In this document: positions 20,200 through 30,483 of the stretch, piece by piece | Position numbering within the stretch: position 1 is the first letter of the stretch | Layout of the letters: every line of letters begins with the position of its first letter | Source: Eubacterium sp. | Lineage (GTDB): Bacteria; Bacillota; Clostridia; Lachnospirales; Lachnospiraceae | Reading direction: 5' to 3' | Length of the DNA stretch: 64,000 bases | Assembly: GCA_017634475.1 (NCBI GenBank) | Contig: JAGBNH010000117.1 | Location: 4,828-68,827 of the forward strand | Position numbers and translations under genes: made by a program | The notes under the pieces: model-generated | What the model saw: the letters and a program-made list of their open reading frames with translations, nothing else | Told to the model about the DNA's origin: nothing | Databases searched by the model: none

Positions 20200-21654
20200 A
20201 TGAAGATAAGAGAATTTCAGCGTGAAGCGAAGATCCTGCTGACGGAGCTTGACGCGGGGAGAGATATGGAGAAGAATCTGGTACGATACGGTCAGATGCT
20301 GGCTTCGGCCCTGTCTTCCTATTCCATGATCCGTGTTCTGCTGAATTTCTATACTCGTTGGGAGATCAGCAGGGAAGATCCGGATGCCTCCGGATATGAT
20401 GCGGAGGAGCTTAACTCCATCCGGCAGCTGTTCATCATGGGGACTACAGGCTCCCAGGAGGAGGACGTGGCAGACCCCGAGGCGGTGATGGAAAAGGTCT
20501 GTGCATTAAGAGAACCCAACATCCGTCGGATGACGGCGCTTACAAGATTTACGGATCGTCTGGCGATCTATGAGCATATCCTCAACCGGAAGGTGCCGGA
20601 GGACAGTTTGGATCACCCGGTGGATATTGAGGAGCTGGCTGCTTCGGTGGAGAAGTTTATCTTCTCCGACCAGGATACCATGGTGACCAATACCCGACTT
20701 CAGCGGGTGGTGGCGGAGCTTCCTGTTCGGATGACGAAACAGAGATTCTATGATGTGCTTTCAGAGACACTGAATCTGTATAAAGGAGGAGAGCTCTCTG
20801 CCGCAGATGATTTTATTTCCTCCATCCGGGATGTGGCCGGCATCAGCGAGACTGCTTCGGAGGGGGATATGATTCCCGAAGGGTTTCAGACCCTGGAGGA
20901 TGAACTTAGAGGCCTGGATCTGAAAAACAGCTCGGAAGCAAAGCTTCGGGCGATAAATGACCGTCTTGTTGCCGCAGGGGAGGAGCTGGGGATACGTTCC
21001 ACCGGATATATCGGACTGCAGGAGATCCAGAATGATCTGATGATCCTCTATCTGATGAGGGGACTTCGCAGCGAGGAGTTCCTGGATGACCGGTTTGAAT
21101 CTGCCAGAACGGCTTTTGAAAAGCTTCTTACCTTCGCCGGTCAGCCTGCAGAGGAAGATGCGGACGCTCTGATGGATGAGTTTACGCTTCAAGTGTTCCC
21201 TTTGCTGGAGGGAGCCCAGGAGGAGATCTATGAAGCCCTTCTGATCCCTGAAACACGGCTGGACTCTCTTAAGAAGTCGCTGCCGGCCTCCGTGAAAAAG
21301 CAGCTTGTTTTTGCGGATCTCCTCACCTCGGACAGTGTCTTCGTGGAACCTGAGAAGCTGCTCCGTCTGGAAGAGAAGGAACGGATCATGGCGGATGAGG
21401 CGGCCATCGAGGAAAGAAAAGAAAAACTGATCGAAATATTTGATGGGTATTTTGACGGGATCGGTGCAAAACCGGAGAAGAAGATGGAGAAGGAAAAAAG
21501 GCGTGCCGTCATGGCGGCGGTGCTCGGTTTTCTTCCGCCGTTCTTTAATACGAGAGATGAGATCCGGGAGTATATCCGGTACACATTGAATAACTGTTCA
21601 GATCCGGTGGAGCTTGCAGCGGTCCGGGATATACTGATGATGGTCATGGAATAA
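20200..21654 (+). CDS. hypothetical protein, acidic and probably helical
   Basis: 484-aa ORF with SD and genome-typical codons; no motif recognised. Confidence 0.75.
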   Translation: MKIREFQREAKILLTELDAGRDMEKNLVRYGQMLASALSSYSMIRVLLNFYTRWEISREDPDASGYDAEELNSIRQLFIMGTTGSQEEDVADPEAVMEKVCALREPNIRRMTALTRFTDRLAIYEHILNRKVPEDSLDHPVDIEELAASVEKFIFSDQDTMVTNTRLQRVVAELPVRMTKQRFYDVLSETLNLYKGGELSAADDFISSIRDVAGISETASEGDMIPEGFQTLEDELRGLDLKNSSEAKLRAINDRLVAAGEELGIRSTGYIGLQEIQNDLMILYLMRGLRSEEFLDDRFESARTAFEKLLTFAGQPAEEDADALMDEFTLQVFPLLEGAQEEIYEALLIPETRLDSLKKSLPASVKKQLVFADLLTSDSVFVEPEKLLRLEEKERIMADEAAIEERKEKLIEIFDGYFDGIGAKPEKKMEKEKRRAVMAAVLGFLPPFFNTRDEIREYIRYTLNNCSDPVELAAVRDILMMVME

Positions 21655-21680
21655 AGGGTAAGGAAACGAGGGAAGGACAG

Positions 21681-21980
21681 ATGAATCTGGCGGATACGGT
21701 CTTTACGGATATTGAGAAGAAGCAGCAGTTCGAGAAGCTCCTCGGACGGGTTGCAAGAGGGGAATATACGGCCCCTCTTTTCGTGGTGACCTATCCCGTC
21801 TTTTCCTCAGGTATATTTGAGATCTATGAATATAACGAGCTGAGACAGAATTTCTACCGGGACTATGATGATAAGATCCTGATCCTGGGAATGTCCCAGT
21901 CGAAACAGGGGGCAAGGGAGGTCCTGATGGATATCCTTGAGCAGTATTTGGATGATGAGGGGGTGTTTCATTGGCAGTAG
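21681..21980 (+). CDS. hypothetical protein
   Basis: 99-aa ORF with SD GGAAGGA; overlaps the next gene. Confidence 0.7.
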   Translation: MNLADTVFTDIEKKQQFEKLLGRVARGEYTAPLFVVTYPVFSSGIFEIYEYNELRQNFYRDYDDKILILGMSQSKQGAREVLMDILEQYLDDEGVFHWQ

Positions 21981-22930
21981 TGCTGACCATACTGAAAATC
22001 CTCGGGATAATCCTTCTGGTGATCCTCGGGCTGCTGCTTCTTCTGCTCCTTCTGGTGCTGTTTGTTCCCATACGGTACAGACTTAAAGGTGGTTATAATG
22101 AGGAGTATTTCGGAGCAGAGGTGAATGTGAGATGGCTCATCTTCCGGGTCCTGGGAAGCTATACGAAATCAGACGGGCTAAAGGTAAGAGCAAAGGCGGC
22201 CTGGTTTACGGTCTATAAGCTGGACGGAAGAGAAGAGGCCCGGAAGGAAACGGAGCATATCCTTAATCCGGAAAATCCGGAAAATCCGGAAAACGCTCTT
22301 CCTCCGCCCGAGAAAGAGACGGGGGACCAGAAAAAGGCTGCTGAAGATGAGACGGAAACGGTGGAAGTCTTCGGCGATGGAAAGCCGGAATCGAAGTCCG
22401 GGGATAAAGCAAAAAAGAAAAAAGGCCGAAGGAAATCCGGAGCTCTGGAAAAAAAGGATAAACAAAAGGAAACCGCCGGTGCGAAGCCCGAGGTATTGGA
22501 GGGCGAGGTGGAGAATGAATCGAAGGAGGAGTTTTTGGATAAGCTGGAAGAAATGTGGGATAAGCTGGAAACAAAAATGAACCACATTTCCTCATTTCTG
22601 GCCAAGGACTTTACGGAGAGGACCATTGAACGGGGCAAGAAGCTTCTGAAGAAGGTTTTCCTGCATTTAAAGCCCACGAAGGGTAGAGTGGATCTTGCCC
22701 TGGGACTTGGGTCCTCGGCGGATACGGGGATCATGCTGGGAAAGATCGCACGGTTCTATCCGCTGTACGGAAGATGGCTGTTTATCACTCCGGATTTCTA
22801 CTATAAACGACTTGAGGCTGACGGAGATATCAAGGGAAGGATCCGGATCGGATCTCTGGCTATACCGGGGCTGATCTTTATCCTCAGGAAGGATACACGG
22901 CGGACCATTAAGCTGGCAAAGAAAATATAA
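21971..22930 (+). CDS. DUF2953 (YtfI-like) membrane-anchored protein
   Basis: Hydrophobic N-terminus ending LFVPIRY, charged linker, GLGSSADTG motif; upstream of a YtfJ-like gene. Confidence 0.8.
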   Translation: MAVVLTILKILGIILLVILGLLLLLLLLVLFVPIRYRLKGGYNEEYFGAEVNVRWLIFRVLGSYTKSDGLKVRAKAAWFTVYKLDGREEARKETEHILNPENPENPENALPPPEKETGDQKKAAEDETETVEVFGDGKPESKSGDKAKKKKGRRKSGALEKKDKQKETAGAKPEVLEGEVENESKEEFLDKLEEMWDKLETKMNHISSFLAKDFTERTIERGKKLLKKVFLHLKPTKGRVDLALGLGSSADTGIMLGKIARFYPLYGRWLFITPDFYYKRLEADGDIKGRIRIGSLAIPGLIFILRKDTRRTIKLAKKI

Positions 22931-22998
22931 GGATCATTTTCGATCAAGGTGAAGAATAAGAATCAAGAGCATTAACCAAATTACAGGAGGGTACGAAA

Positions 22999-23421
22999 TT
23001 GGCAGATCAGATCAAGAAAAATGATTTCAATCAGACAGTAAGCACATTATTTAAGGGGATGGATGCATTCCTTACTTCCAAAACCGTAGTGGGGGATCCG
23101 ATCCAGATCGGAAATACCACCATCATTCCTCTGGTGGATGTGAATTTCGGCGTTGGCGCAGGAGCTATGGGAAATGCCAAGGGAACCAACAATGCCGGCG
23201 GAGGAATGGGCGGAAAGCTTTCTCCGACTGCAGCCATTGTGATCCAGGATGGAAATATCCGGATGATGCCGGTGGCAGAGGAAAGCTCCTTGTCGAAGGT
23301 ATTGGATATGGTGCCGGGAGTAGTGAGCAAGGTACAGGATTTCATGGGAAAACGAAAGAAGGATGAGGAGACCCAGGAGGTAGAGGAGACCGTTAAGACT
23401 CTGCCGGATGAAGAATTCTGA
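22999..23421 (+). CDS. GerW/YtfJ family protein
   Basis: KTVVGDPIQIG, IIPLVDVNFGVGAG, GGGMGGKLSPTA. Confidence 0.9.
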   Translation: MADQIKKNDFNQTVSTLFKGMDAFLTSKTVVGDPIQIGNTTIIPLVDVNFGVGAGAMGNAKGTNNAGGGMGGKLSPTAAIVIQDGNIRMMPVAEESSLSKVLDMVPGVVSKVQDFMGKRKKDEETQEVEETVKTLPDEEF

Positions 23422-23447
23422 TCAAAAACAGAATCTTGAGAGCAACA

Positions 23448-23479
23448 TTAAAAGAGCACCGGGACCGGTGCTCTTTTAA
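23448..23479. terminator. bidirectional intrinsic terminator
   Basis: TTAAAAGAGCACCGG-GA-CCGGTGCTCTTTTAA between convergent genes. Confidence 0.9.
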
Positions 23480-23500
23480 GTAATGCATGTGATCTGAAAA

Positions 23501-23686
23501 CTACGCACGTGTTACTTTGTCAGACTTCAGACAGGAAGTACATACATAGATTCTCTGGGGTGTACCATCAACAACAGCGCGTACACGCTTAATGTTGGAC
23601 TTCCAAATGTGATTGGATCTTCTATGGGAGTGGCTCACATTATTTCCAAAGTGAGCAGACTTTTCACAGTAAAAACACTTAGCCAT
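23501..23686 (-). CDS. rpmB: 50S ribosomal protein L28 (Zn-ribbon, CxxC-containing type)
   Basis: MAKCFYCEK...GNNVSHSHRRS...VCTSCLKS; SD GGAGG. Confidence 0.96.
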   Translation of the reverse strand: MAKCFYCEKSAHFGNNVSHSHRRSNHIWKSNIKRVRAVVDGTPQRIYVCTSCLKSDKVTRA

Positions 23687-23746
23687 GGCTTCGAGGCACC
23701 TCCTTCGCATTTAGATATTTGCCCTCTTCAGGCCGCAACAAGGGTT

Positions 23747-23775
23747 ATAATAACAGATAATTCCCGACTATGCAA
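23747..23775 (-). promoter_or_regulatory. sigma-A-type promoter of rpmB
   Basis: TTGCAT-17-TATTAT with TG extension on the minus strand. Confidence 0.65.
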
Positions 23776-23918
23776 GAGTTATTTTCGATTTTTCAAAATT
23801 TTACTAAAAACCGCCGGGTTTTTTCATGGATAATACGAGGTAAAGGACTTCCCTTTTCATAGAAAAACTGTTAGAATAGGACAGTATGTGTGATTCTGTA
23901 CGGTAAAGGAGGGGGCGT

Positions 23919-24329
23919 ATGGCTGAAGGGATTTCGGAAACAACAGAGAAGAAAAACACAGTGAACATCCATAAGAATATGATCGAGAATGCAAATGGTC
24001 AGATCGCCATAGATCAGCGTGTCATTGAAGAATTTGCGGGACATGCGGCGCTGGACTGCTTCGGGATCGTGGGCATGTCCACCATCAGTGTGCGGGACGG
24101 TATCGCCAAGCTGCTTCAGGGCAATTCCATTGGCAAGGGCGTGGCCGTTACTCAGGATGAGGACGGACAGATCACCATAGCATTCCATATCATCGTTGCT
24201 TATGGCGTAAGCATTAAAACGGTGGTCAGCAACCTGATCAACACAGTGAAGTATCAGGTGGAGGACTTTACCCATATGAAAGTAAAACAGGTCAATGTAT
24301 TTGTCGAAGGCGTTCGCGTGATCGACTGA
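23919..24329 (+). CDS. Asp23/Gls24 family protein (YloU-like)
   Basis: CFGIVGM, HIIVAYGVSI, VNVFVEGVRV; conserved position before fakA. Confidence 0.92.
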   Translation: MAEGISETTEKKNTVNIHKNMIENANGQIAIDQRVIEEFAGHAALDCFGIVGMSTISVRDGIAKLLQGNSIGKGVAVTQDEDGQITIAFHIIVAYGVSIKTVVSNLINTVKYQVEDFTHMKVKQVNVFVEGVRVID

Positions 24330-24343
24330 TCGATTGATTACCC

Positions 24344-26167
24344 ATGGAGGAGAGCACAGTGAATACTATTGACGCCCTGACGTTCCGGAAGCTTTTTCTG
24401 GATGGCGCGAACAATCTCAGTAACAATAAAGAATATATCAACGAGCTGAATGTGTTTCCGGTGCCGGACGGAGATACCGGTACCAACATGACACTTACCA
24501 TCATGGCGGCCGCAGCGGATGTCAAGGAGCAGCAGAATCCTACCATTGACACCCTGGCCAAGGCGATCTCGGGTGGTTCTCTTCGCGGTGCGAGAGGCAA
24601 TTCCGGTGTTATCCTCTCCCAGCTGTTCCGCGGATTCTGCAAGGAGATCCGGGGAAAGAAGGAGCTTACCCTGGTGGATATCGCCGCAGGATTTGAACGT
24701 GGCGTTGAAACCGCATACAAGGCCGTGATGAAGCCGAAGGAGGGTACGATCCTCACAGTTGCCCGGGGGATCGCAGAGAAGGCTTCGGAGCTGGTGCAGG
24801 CGGATGAGACCCGGCCCATCGTTGAATTTGCTGATGAAGTGATCGCGTATGGCGAGGATGTGCTGGAGCATACCCCGGAGCTTTTGCCTGTACTGGCAGA
24901 GGCGGGGGTTGTGGATTCCGGCGGACAGGGACTGATCGAGATCCTGAAGGGTATCCTTGCCGGATTACGGGGTGAAGAGATCGAGGACAAGACCGGAGCG
25001 CCGGTACGTCTTGCCAGAGGAGCGGGGATCCTGGAGGATGTCCCCAAGGCGAGACCTTCCTATCCGGAGAAGCATGCGTCCGGCAGTGGAAATGACAGTA
25101 TTTCCACCGCAGATATCAAATTTGCCTATTGTACGGAGTTTATCATCCTTCTGGACCGGGAGCTTACCGATGAGGAAGTGGAAGGCCTGAAGGAGTATTT
25201 CCTTTCCATCGGTGATTCTCTTGTCTGCGTTGCGGATGAGGAGCTGGTGAAGGTACATGTTCATACCAACCATCCCGGAAATGCCTTCGAGAAAGGTCTG
25301 GAATACGGTTCTCTTACCAGAATGAAGGTGGACAACATGAAGGAAGAGCATTCCGAGCGTGTTTCCATGGAGCAGGAGAAGCAGAGGGCCGAGGCTCAGG
25401 AGGAGGCGTTCCGCCAGATCAAATATGAGAGGAACGCCGAAAAAAATCAGAACGTGGAGTCAGCCGGTAAGAAACCGGAAGCACCGAAGAAACCGGAGCT
25501 TCCGCCGAAGAAATACGGATTTGTTGCCGTTGCGGCAGGCACCGGGATCTCGGATATCCTGAAGGAGATCGGCGTGGATGTGGTGCTTTCCGGCGGACAG
25601 ACCATGAATCCCAGCACGGAGGATGTGCTGAATGCCGTGGCCGAGGTGAATGCGGAGAACGTATTCGTCCTTCCCAACAACAAGAATATTATTCTTGCAG
25701 CCAATCAGGCGGCAAGTATATGCAAGGATAAAAACCTTATCGTTATCCCGTCCAAGACCGTTCCCCAGGGAATAAGTGCCATGATCGCCTTTGCCGAGGG
25801 CCTTGACGCGGAGAAGAACCGGGCGGAGATGACCGCAGCGCTTTCTGCGGTGAAGACCGGAGAGGTTACCTTCTCTGTAAGGGATACGTCCGTAGACGGT
25901 AAATCCATCCTTAAAGGGGATATCATGGGGATCAACGACAACGGCATAGCCGTGGTGGGTAAGGAGATCCCGGATGTTGCTCTTCGCATGGTGGATGTGA
26001 TGATGGATGATGAGGCGGGGCTGATCACTCTGTATTACGGAGAGGATACGACAAAAGAAGACGCAGAGGCGCTGGCCGGGAAGCTGCAGGAGAAATATCC
26101 GGAGGTGGATATTGACCTGCACGACGGCGGACAGCCTATTTATTACTATGTGATTTCCATTGAGTAG
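24344..26167 (+). CDS. fakA: DAK2-domain fatty acid kinase subunit A (YloV-like)
   Basis: LNVFPVPDGDTGTNM, GARGNSGVILSQ, YCTEF, GGQTMNPST, GGQPIYYY. Confidence 0.93.
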   Translation: MEESTVNTIDALTFRKLFLDGANNLSNNKEYINELNVFPVPDGDTGTNMTLTIMAAAADVKEQQNPTIDTLAKAISGGSLRGARGNSGVILSQLFRGFCKEIRGKKELTLVDIAAGFERGVETAYKAVMKPKEGTILTVARGIAEKASELVQADETRPIVEFADEVIAYGEDVLEHTPELLPVLAEAGVVDSGGQGLIEILKGILAGLRGEEIEDKTGAPVRLARGAGILEDVPKARPSYPEKHASGSGNDSISTADIKFAYCTEFIILLDRELTDEEVEGLKEYFLSIGDSLVCVADEELVKVHVHTNHPGNAFEKGLEYGSLTRMKVDNMKEEHSERVSMEQEKQRAEAQEEAFRQIKYERNAEKNQNVESAGKKPEAPKKPELPPKKYGFVAVAAGTGISDILKEIGVDVVLSGGQTMNPSTEDVLNAVAEVNAENVFVLPNNKNIILAANQAASICKDKNLIVIPSKTVPQGISAMIAFAEGLDAEKNRAEMTAALSAVKTGEVTFSVRDTSVDGKSILKGDIMGINDNGIAVVGKEIPDVALRMVDVMMDDEAGLITLYYGEDTTKEDAEALAGKLQEKYPEVDIDLHDGGQPIYYYVISIE

Positions 26168-26175
26168 AGAATGAC

Positions 26176-28152
26176 ATGAAGCTGCAGGATCCGGTTACGG
26201 CTATACGGGGTATCGGAGAGAAAACGGCCGATAGTCTTCGGAAACTGAATATCGAAACGGTGCAGGATCTGCTGTCCTATTATCCCAGAAGATATGTGGG
26301 CTATGAGAAGCCTGTTCCCATCAGTGAGGCGTCCGATTTTGAACGCGTTACGATCCAGGGGACCGTATGCACCGAAGTAAAGACACATCAGGGGCCGCGA
26401 TATGTTATCACGACCCTTTCTGTGCGTGATGCATCCGGCAGCGTGAAGCTGGTATGGTATAACAGCCCCTATATCCGGAATATCCTGCGAAAGGGAGAAA
26501 CCTTCTGTTTCGTGGGGATCGTCAGGATCAAGGGAAGGGAACGGGTCATGGAAATGCCCGAGTATTATTCCCTGTATAAATATCAGGATATGCTGAGTGT
26601 TCTTCAACCGGTTTATCCGCTCACAGCCGGAGTAAAGAATCATCAGCTGAAAAAGGCCCTTCAGGGGGCTGCGGAGGCGATCCGTTCGCTGCAGGATGAG
26701 CTGTCTAAAGAGGTCCGTGAGCGTTACGGGCTGATGGAACACAGGGATGCGGTGCAGAGCATCCATTTCCCCAGGGACGAAGCCGAACTCAGGCGGGCCC
26801 TGGAGCGGACCGCGTTTGATGAATTCTACCATTTCCTTCTGTCGGTGAAGGCCATGCGGGAGGAAAATGTGACGCTTTCCAGTGACTTTCGGATCACAGA
26901 GGAAGCAAGAGATGCGCTTAAGATGCTGCTGGATCGTTTGCCCTATCGGCTTACGGACGGACAGCAGGGTGCCCTGCAGGATATCCTGACGGATATGTCC
27001 GGAGGAACGGTGATGAACCGGCTGATCCAGGGAGATGTGGGCTGCGGAAAGACCATTGTTGCCGCGGCCGCACTGTATGTCACCGTAAGATCCGGCCGCC
27101 AGGGAGCCCTGATGGTTCCTACAGAGGTCCTGGCCATGCAGCATTTTCAGGATATTTCCGCGCTTTTTTCTTCCGGGGATACCCCCATCAAGGTGGCGCT
27201 CCTGGTGAGCTCCCTCTCCGCAAAGGAGAAACGGGCGGTGAAGGAAGGCTTGAAAAACGGGACCATCGATCTGGTCATCGGAACCCACGCCCTGATCCAG
27301 GAGGGAGTTCTTTTCCGGAAGCTGGGGCTTGTGGTAACAGACGAGCAGCACAGGTTCGGTGTGCGGCAGAGAGATCAGCTGGCTGAGAAGGGAGACCTTC
27401 CCCATGTGCTGGTCATGAGCGCCACCCCTATCCCCAGATCCCTTGCCATTATCCTGTACGCGGATCTGGACATTTCCCTGATCACAGAGCTTCCGGGAGG
27501 AAGAAAGAAGATCTTAAACTGTGTGGTAGGTACGGATTACCGTCCTACTGCCTATAAATTCATTGCCGGTGAGGTGGCGAAGGGGCATCAGGCCTATGTG
27601 ATCTGCCCGAAGGTGGAGGACGACGAGGGCACCGAGCTGGAAAATGTGGGGGCCTATGCCGAAAGTCTCCGGGGGATATACGGGGACAGGATCAGCGTCG
27701 GCACGCTTCACGGAAGGATGAAGGAGGAAGAAAAGCAGAGGGTCCTCCATGATTTTTCCTCCGGCAGGATCCAGGTGCTTGTGGCCACCACGGTGATCGA
27801 GGTGGGGATCAACAATCCCAACGCCACGGTCATGATGATCGAAAATGCGGAACGCTTTGGTCTTGCCCAACTGCATCAGCTGCGAGGCCGGGTGGGACGG
27901 GGAGATGCCCAGTCCTACTGCATATTTATCCATGTAAAGAAAACGGAGGAATCCGTAAACCGGTTAAAGGTACTGGAGGAATCCAATGACGGATTTCATA
28001 TCGCGGCTGAGGACCTCAGGCTGCGGGGGCCTGGAGATTTCTTCGGTGTCCGTCAGAGCGGGGATCTGATGTTTAAGGTCGCAAATATCTATGATCACGC
28101 CGCCCAGCTTAAGGCTGCCCAGGAGCTTGTGCTTTCCGGAGGGGGATCATAG
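26176..28152 (+). CDS. recG: ATP-dependent DNA helicase RecG
   Basis: QGDVGCGKT, DEQHRFG, MSATPIPR, QLRGRVGRG, DLRLRGPG. Confidence 0.97.
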   Translation: MKLQDPVTAIRGIGEKTADSLRKLNIETVQDLLSYYPRRYVGYEKPVPISEASDFERVTIQGTVCTEVKTHQGPRYVITTLSVRDASGSVKLVWYNSPYIRNILRKGETFCFVGIVRIKGRERVMEMPEYYSLYKYQDMLSVLQPVYPLTAGVKNHQLKKALQGAAEAIRSLQDELSKEVRERYGLMEHRDAVQSIHFPRDEAELRRALERTAFDEFYHFLLSVKAMREENVTLSSDFRITEEARDALKMLLDRLPYRLTDGQQGALQDILTDMSGGTVMNRLIQGDVGCGKTIVAAAALYVTVRSGRQGALMVPTEVLAMQHFQDISALFSSGDTPIKVALLVSSLSAKEKRAVKEGLKNGTIDLVIGTHALIQEGVLFRKLGLVVTDEQHRFGVRQRDQLAEKGDLPHVLVMSATPIPRSLAIILYADLDISLITELPGGRKKILNCVVGTDYRPTAYKFIAGEVAKGHQAYVICPKVEDDEGTELENVGAYAESLRGIYGDRISVGTLHGRMKEEEKQRVLHDFSSGRIQVLVATTVIEVGINNPNATVMMIENAERFGLAQLHQLRGRVGRGDAQSYCIFIHVKKTEESVNRLKVLEESNDGFHIAAEDLRLRGPGDFFGVRQSGDLMFKVANIYDHAAQLKAAQELVLSGGGS

Positions 28153-28194
28153 CAAAAGTGTAACGATATTGATGCATGTAAGGAGATACTGGAA

Positions 28195-29875
28195 ATGGAC
28201 GAGCAGAAGAATACGTCAAATACACCGGAAGCGCCGGCGCCTCATGAAAACAGGACCATGGGCAGGAAGGGGAAAATCGCCATCATCCTTCTTGCGGTGG
28301 CGGTGGTATTCCTGGTGGGATATATCATCGTAGACAAGCTGGGAAGCTCTGAGGGAAAGGAAACTGCCACCACCTCCTCTGAAACTTCAACAGAGAAGCA
28401 TGTAAAGAGTACCACGAAGGCCAAAGAGGATAAGACGGAAAACGAGACGGAAGAAAAAAACGTCGGAAGAAAAAACAGAAGCAAAGTCGGAAGATCAGAC
28501 GGAAGAAGCAACCGAGAAGAAGACCGAGGGAGATAAGGAGGATGCAAAAACCGTCATAAGACCTGCGGTTTATGCCACGGTTAACGGCGGAAATTCCTGG
28601 CAGTCCGCCAACGGCTTTGTGGTTCAGTACAGTGTGGATATTCACAATATGAAGGCGGATACCATCAAGGACTGGGAGGTAAGGATCCCGGGATTTGAGG
28701 ACGGAACCCTTGGAGACGGCTGGTGCGCGGAATTTGCCCTTGAGGATGGGGTGCTGTCGGCAAAGCCGGTGGATTTCAATACGTCCATTGCGGGAAAAGG
28801 CACCACCAATCTGGGCTTCCAGGTGGAATTTAAGGATGAGGCTGCATCCAGGAAGGTGAAGACCGATGCGGCCGAGGTCTATCTCTCCGGCAAGCTGTGT
28901 GAGGAAACCATTGAGATCCCCACGGCTGCGGATATTGAGAAGAAACGGGTGGTGGAGCCGGAAAATGGAACACCGCTGGAAGAGCATGGTGCCCTCTCCG
29001 TAAAGGGTGTGGACCTGGTGGATGAAAGCGGTAAGCTGTATCAGCTGAAGGGTGTCAGCACCCACGGTATCGCCTGGTTCCCGGCCTATGTAAATGAAGA
29101 GGCCTTCCGGACCTTCCGGGATAAATGGGGAGCCAATCTGATCCGTCTTGCCATGTATACGGGAGAAAGCGGTGGGTACTGCTCCGATGGAAATAAGGAA
29201 GATCTGAAAGCCCTGGTGGAAAAGGGCGTGGAGTATGCATCGAAGCTGGGAATGTATGTGATCATTGACTGGCATATCCTCAGTGATAACAACCCGAAGA
29301 CCAATCAGGATGATGCGATCCTCTTCTTTGATGAGATGTCGAAGAAATATGCAGATTATAAGAATGTGCTGTATGAGATCTGTAACGAGCCCAACGGCGG
29401 GACCAAATGGCAGGATATCAAGGATTATGCCGAAAAGGTGATCCCGGTGATCCGGAAGAATGCTCCGGATGCAGTGATCATCGTGGGTACCCCCACCTGG
29501 TCCCAGGATGTGGATAAGGCGGCGGAGGATCCCATCGAGGGTGAGAAGAATATCATGTACACCCTGCATTTCTATGCGGCCACCCATAAGGATAATCTCA
29601 GGGACAAGCTTACGGAGGCAAGAGATAAGGGCCTTCCCATCTTTATCTCCGAGTTCAGCATCTGTGACGCTTCCGGAAATGGCGCTATAGATTATGAATC
29701 CGCAAATGCCTGGTATCAGCTGATCGAGGATTACGGGCTGTCCTATGCGGCGTGGAATATTTCCAATAAGGCAGAGTCTTCCGCACTGATCCGGTCGGAT
29801 TGCGAAAAGACCTCGGATTGGAGTGACGACGAACTGTCCGAGACCGGCTTATGGATCAAGAATTCCATGAAATGA
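28195..29875 (+). pseudogene. membrane-anchored endoglucanase (TM, Thr/Glu/Lys linker, CBM2-like module, GH5), split by one extra A in an A7 run
   Basis: ORF 28195-28536 (TM + linker) and ORF ending 29875 join if A7 at 28454-28460 is A6; GH5 motifs GVSTHG, IRLAMY, IIDWH, YEICNEP, HFYAATH, FISEF. Confidence 0.85.
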
Positions 29876-29910
29876 TACGAGAAGACCACTACAGGAAATG
29901 AGGCAATAAA

Positions 29911-30483
29911 ATGAGAGTGATAGCAGGTACCAGAAGAAGTCTTCCTCTCCGAAGTCTGGAGGGAGATGCCACGAGACCTACGGCGGATCGATATAAGGAG
30001 ACACTGTTCAATGTGCTTCAGAACGATGTGCCGGGGGCGAGATTCCTGGATCTTTTTGCCGGGAGCGGGGCCATCGGGATCGAAGCATTGTCCCGGGGAG
30101 CGCGTCATGCGGTATTTGTGGAAAACAGCAGGAAGGCCGTATCGGTGATCCGGGAGAATATCCATTTTACAAAGTTTGAAGAGGAAGCGGATATCCTTCT
30201 TTCCGACGCCATCTCTTATGTGCGAGGGCTTTCGGTGGTGGATTTTGACGTGATCTTTATCGATCCGCCTTACCACCATGAGCTGGAAAAGGGTGCGCTC
30301 CTGGCGTTGGAAAAAAAGAAGTTCAAGAATCCAAACGTACGGATCGTGGTGGAAGCAGCGCTGGAGGAGGATATGTCTTATCTGGAAGCCACAAGGTTCG
30401 AGATCGAGAAGGTAAAGGCATATAAATCCAATAAGCATATTTTCCTGAGACTGAATGAGGAGAAGCAGGAGGGCGTTGACTGA
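29911..30483 (+). CDS. rsmD: 16S rRNA (guanine966-N2)-methyltransferase
   Basis: MRVIAG, TRPT, LDLFAGSG, DPPY. Confidence 0.95.
   Translation: MRVIAGTRRSLPLRSLEGDATRPTADRYKETLFNVLQNDVPGARFLDLFAGSGAIGIEALSRGARHAVFVENSRKAVSVIRENIHFTKFEEEADILLSDAISYVRGLSVVDFDVIFIDPPYHHELEKGALLALEKKKFKNPNVRIVVEAALEEDMSYLEATRFEIEKVKAYKSNKHIFLRLNEEKQEGVD

Noticed and set aside
22265-22291. (AATCCGGAA)x3 in the DUF2953 gene
   Set aside because: In-frame NPE repeat in a disordered linker; ordinary slippage.
28619-29875. GH5 ORF as an independent gene starting at GTG 28619
   Set aside because: No SD, the start falls inside the CBM2-like module, and the frame is open upstream to the A7 run.
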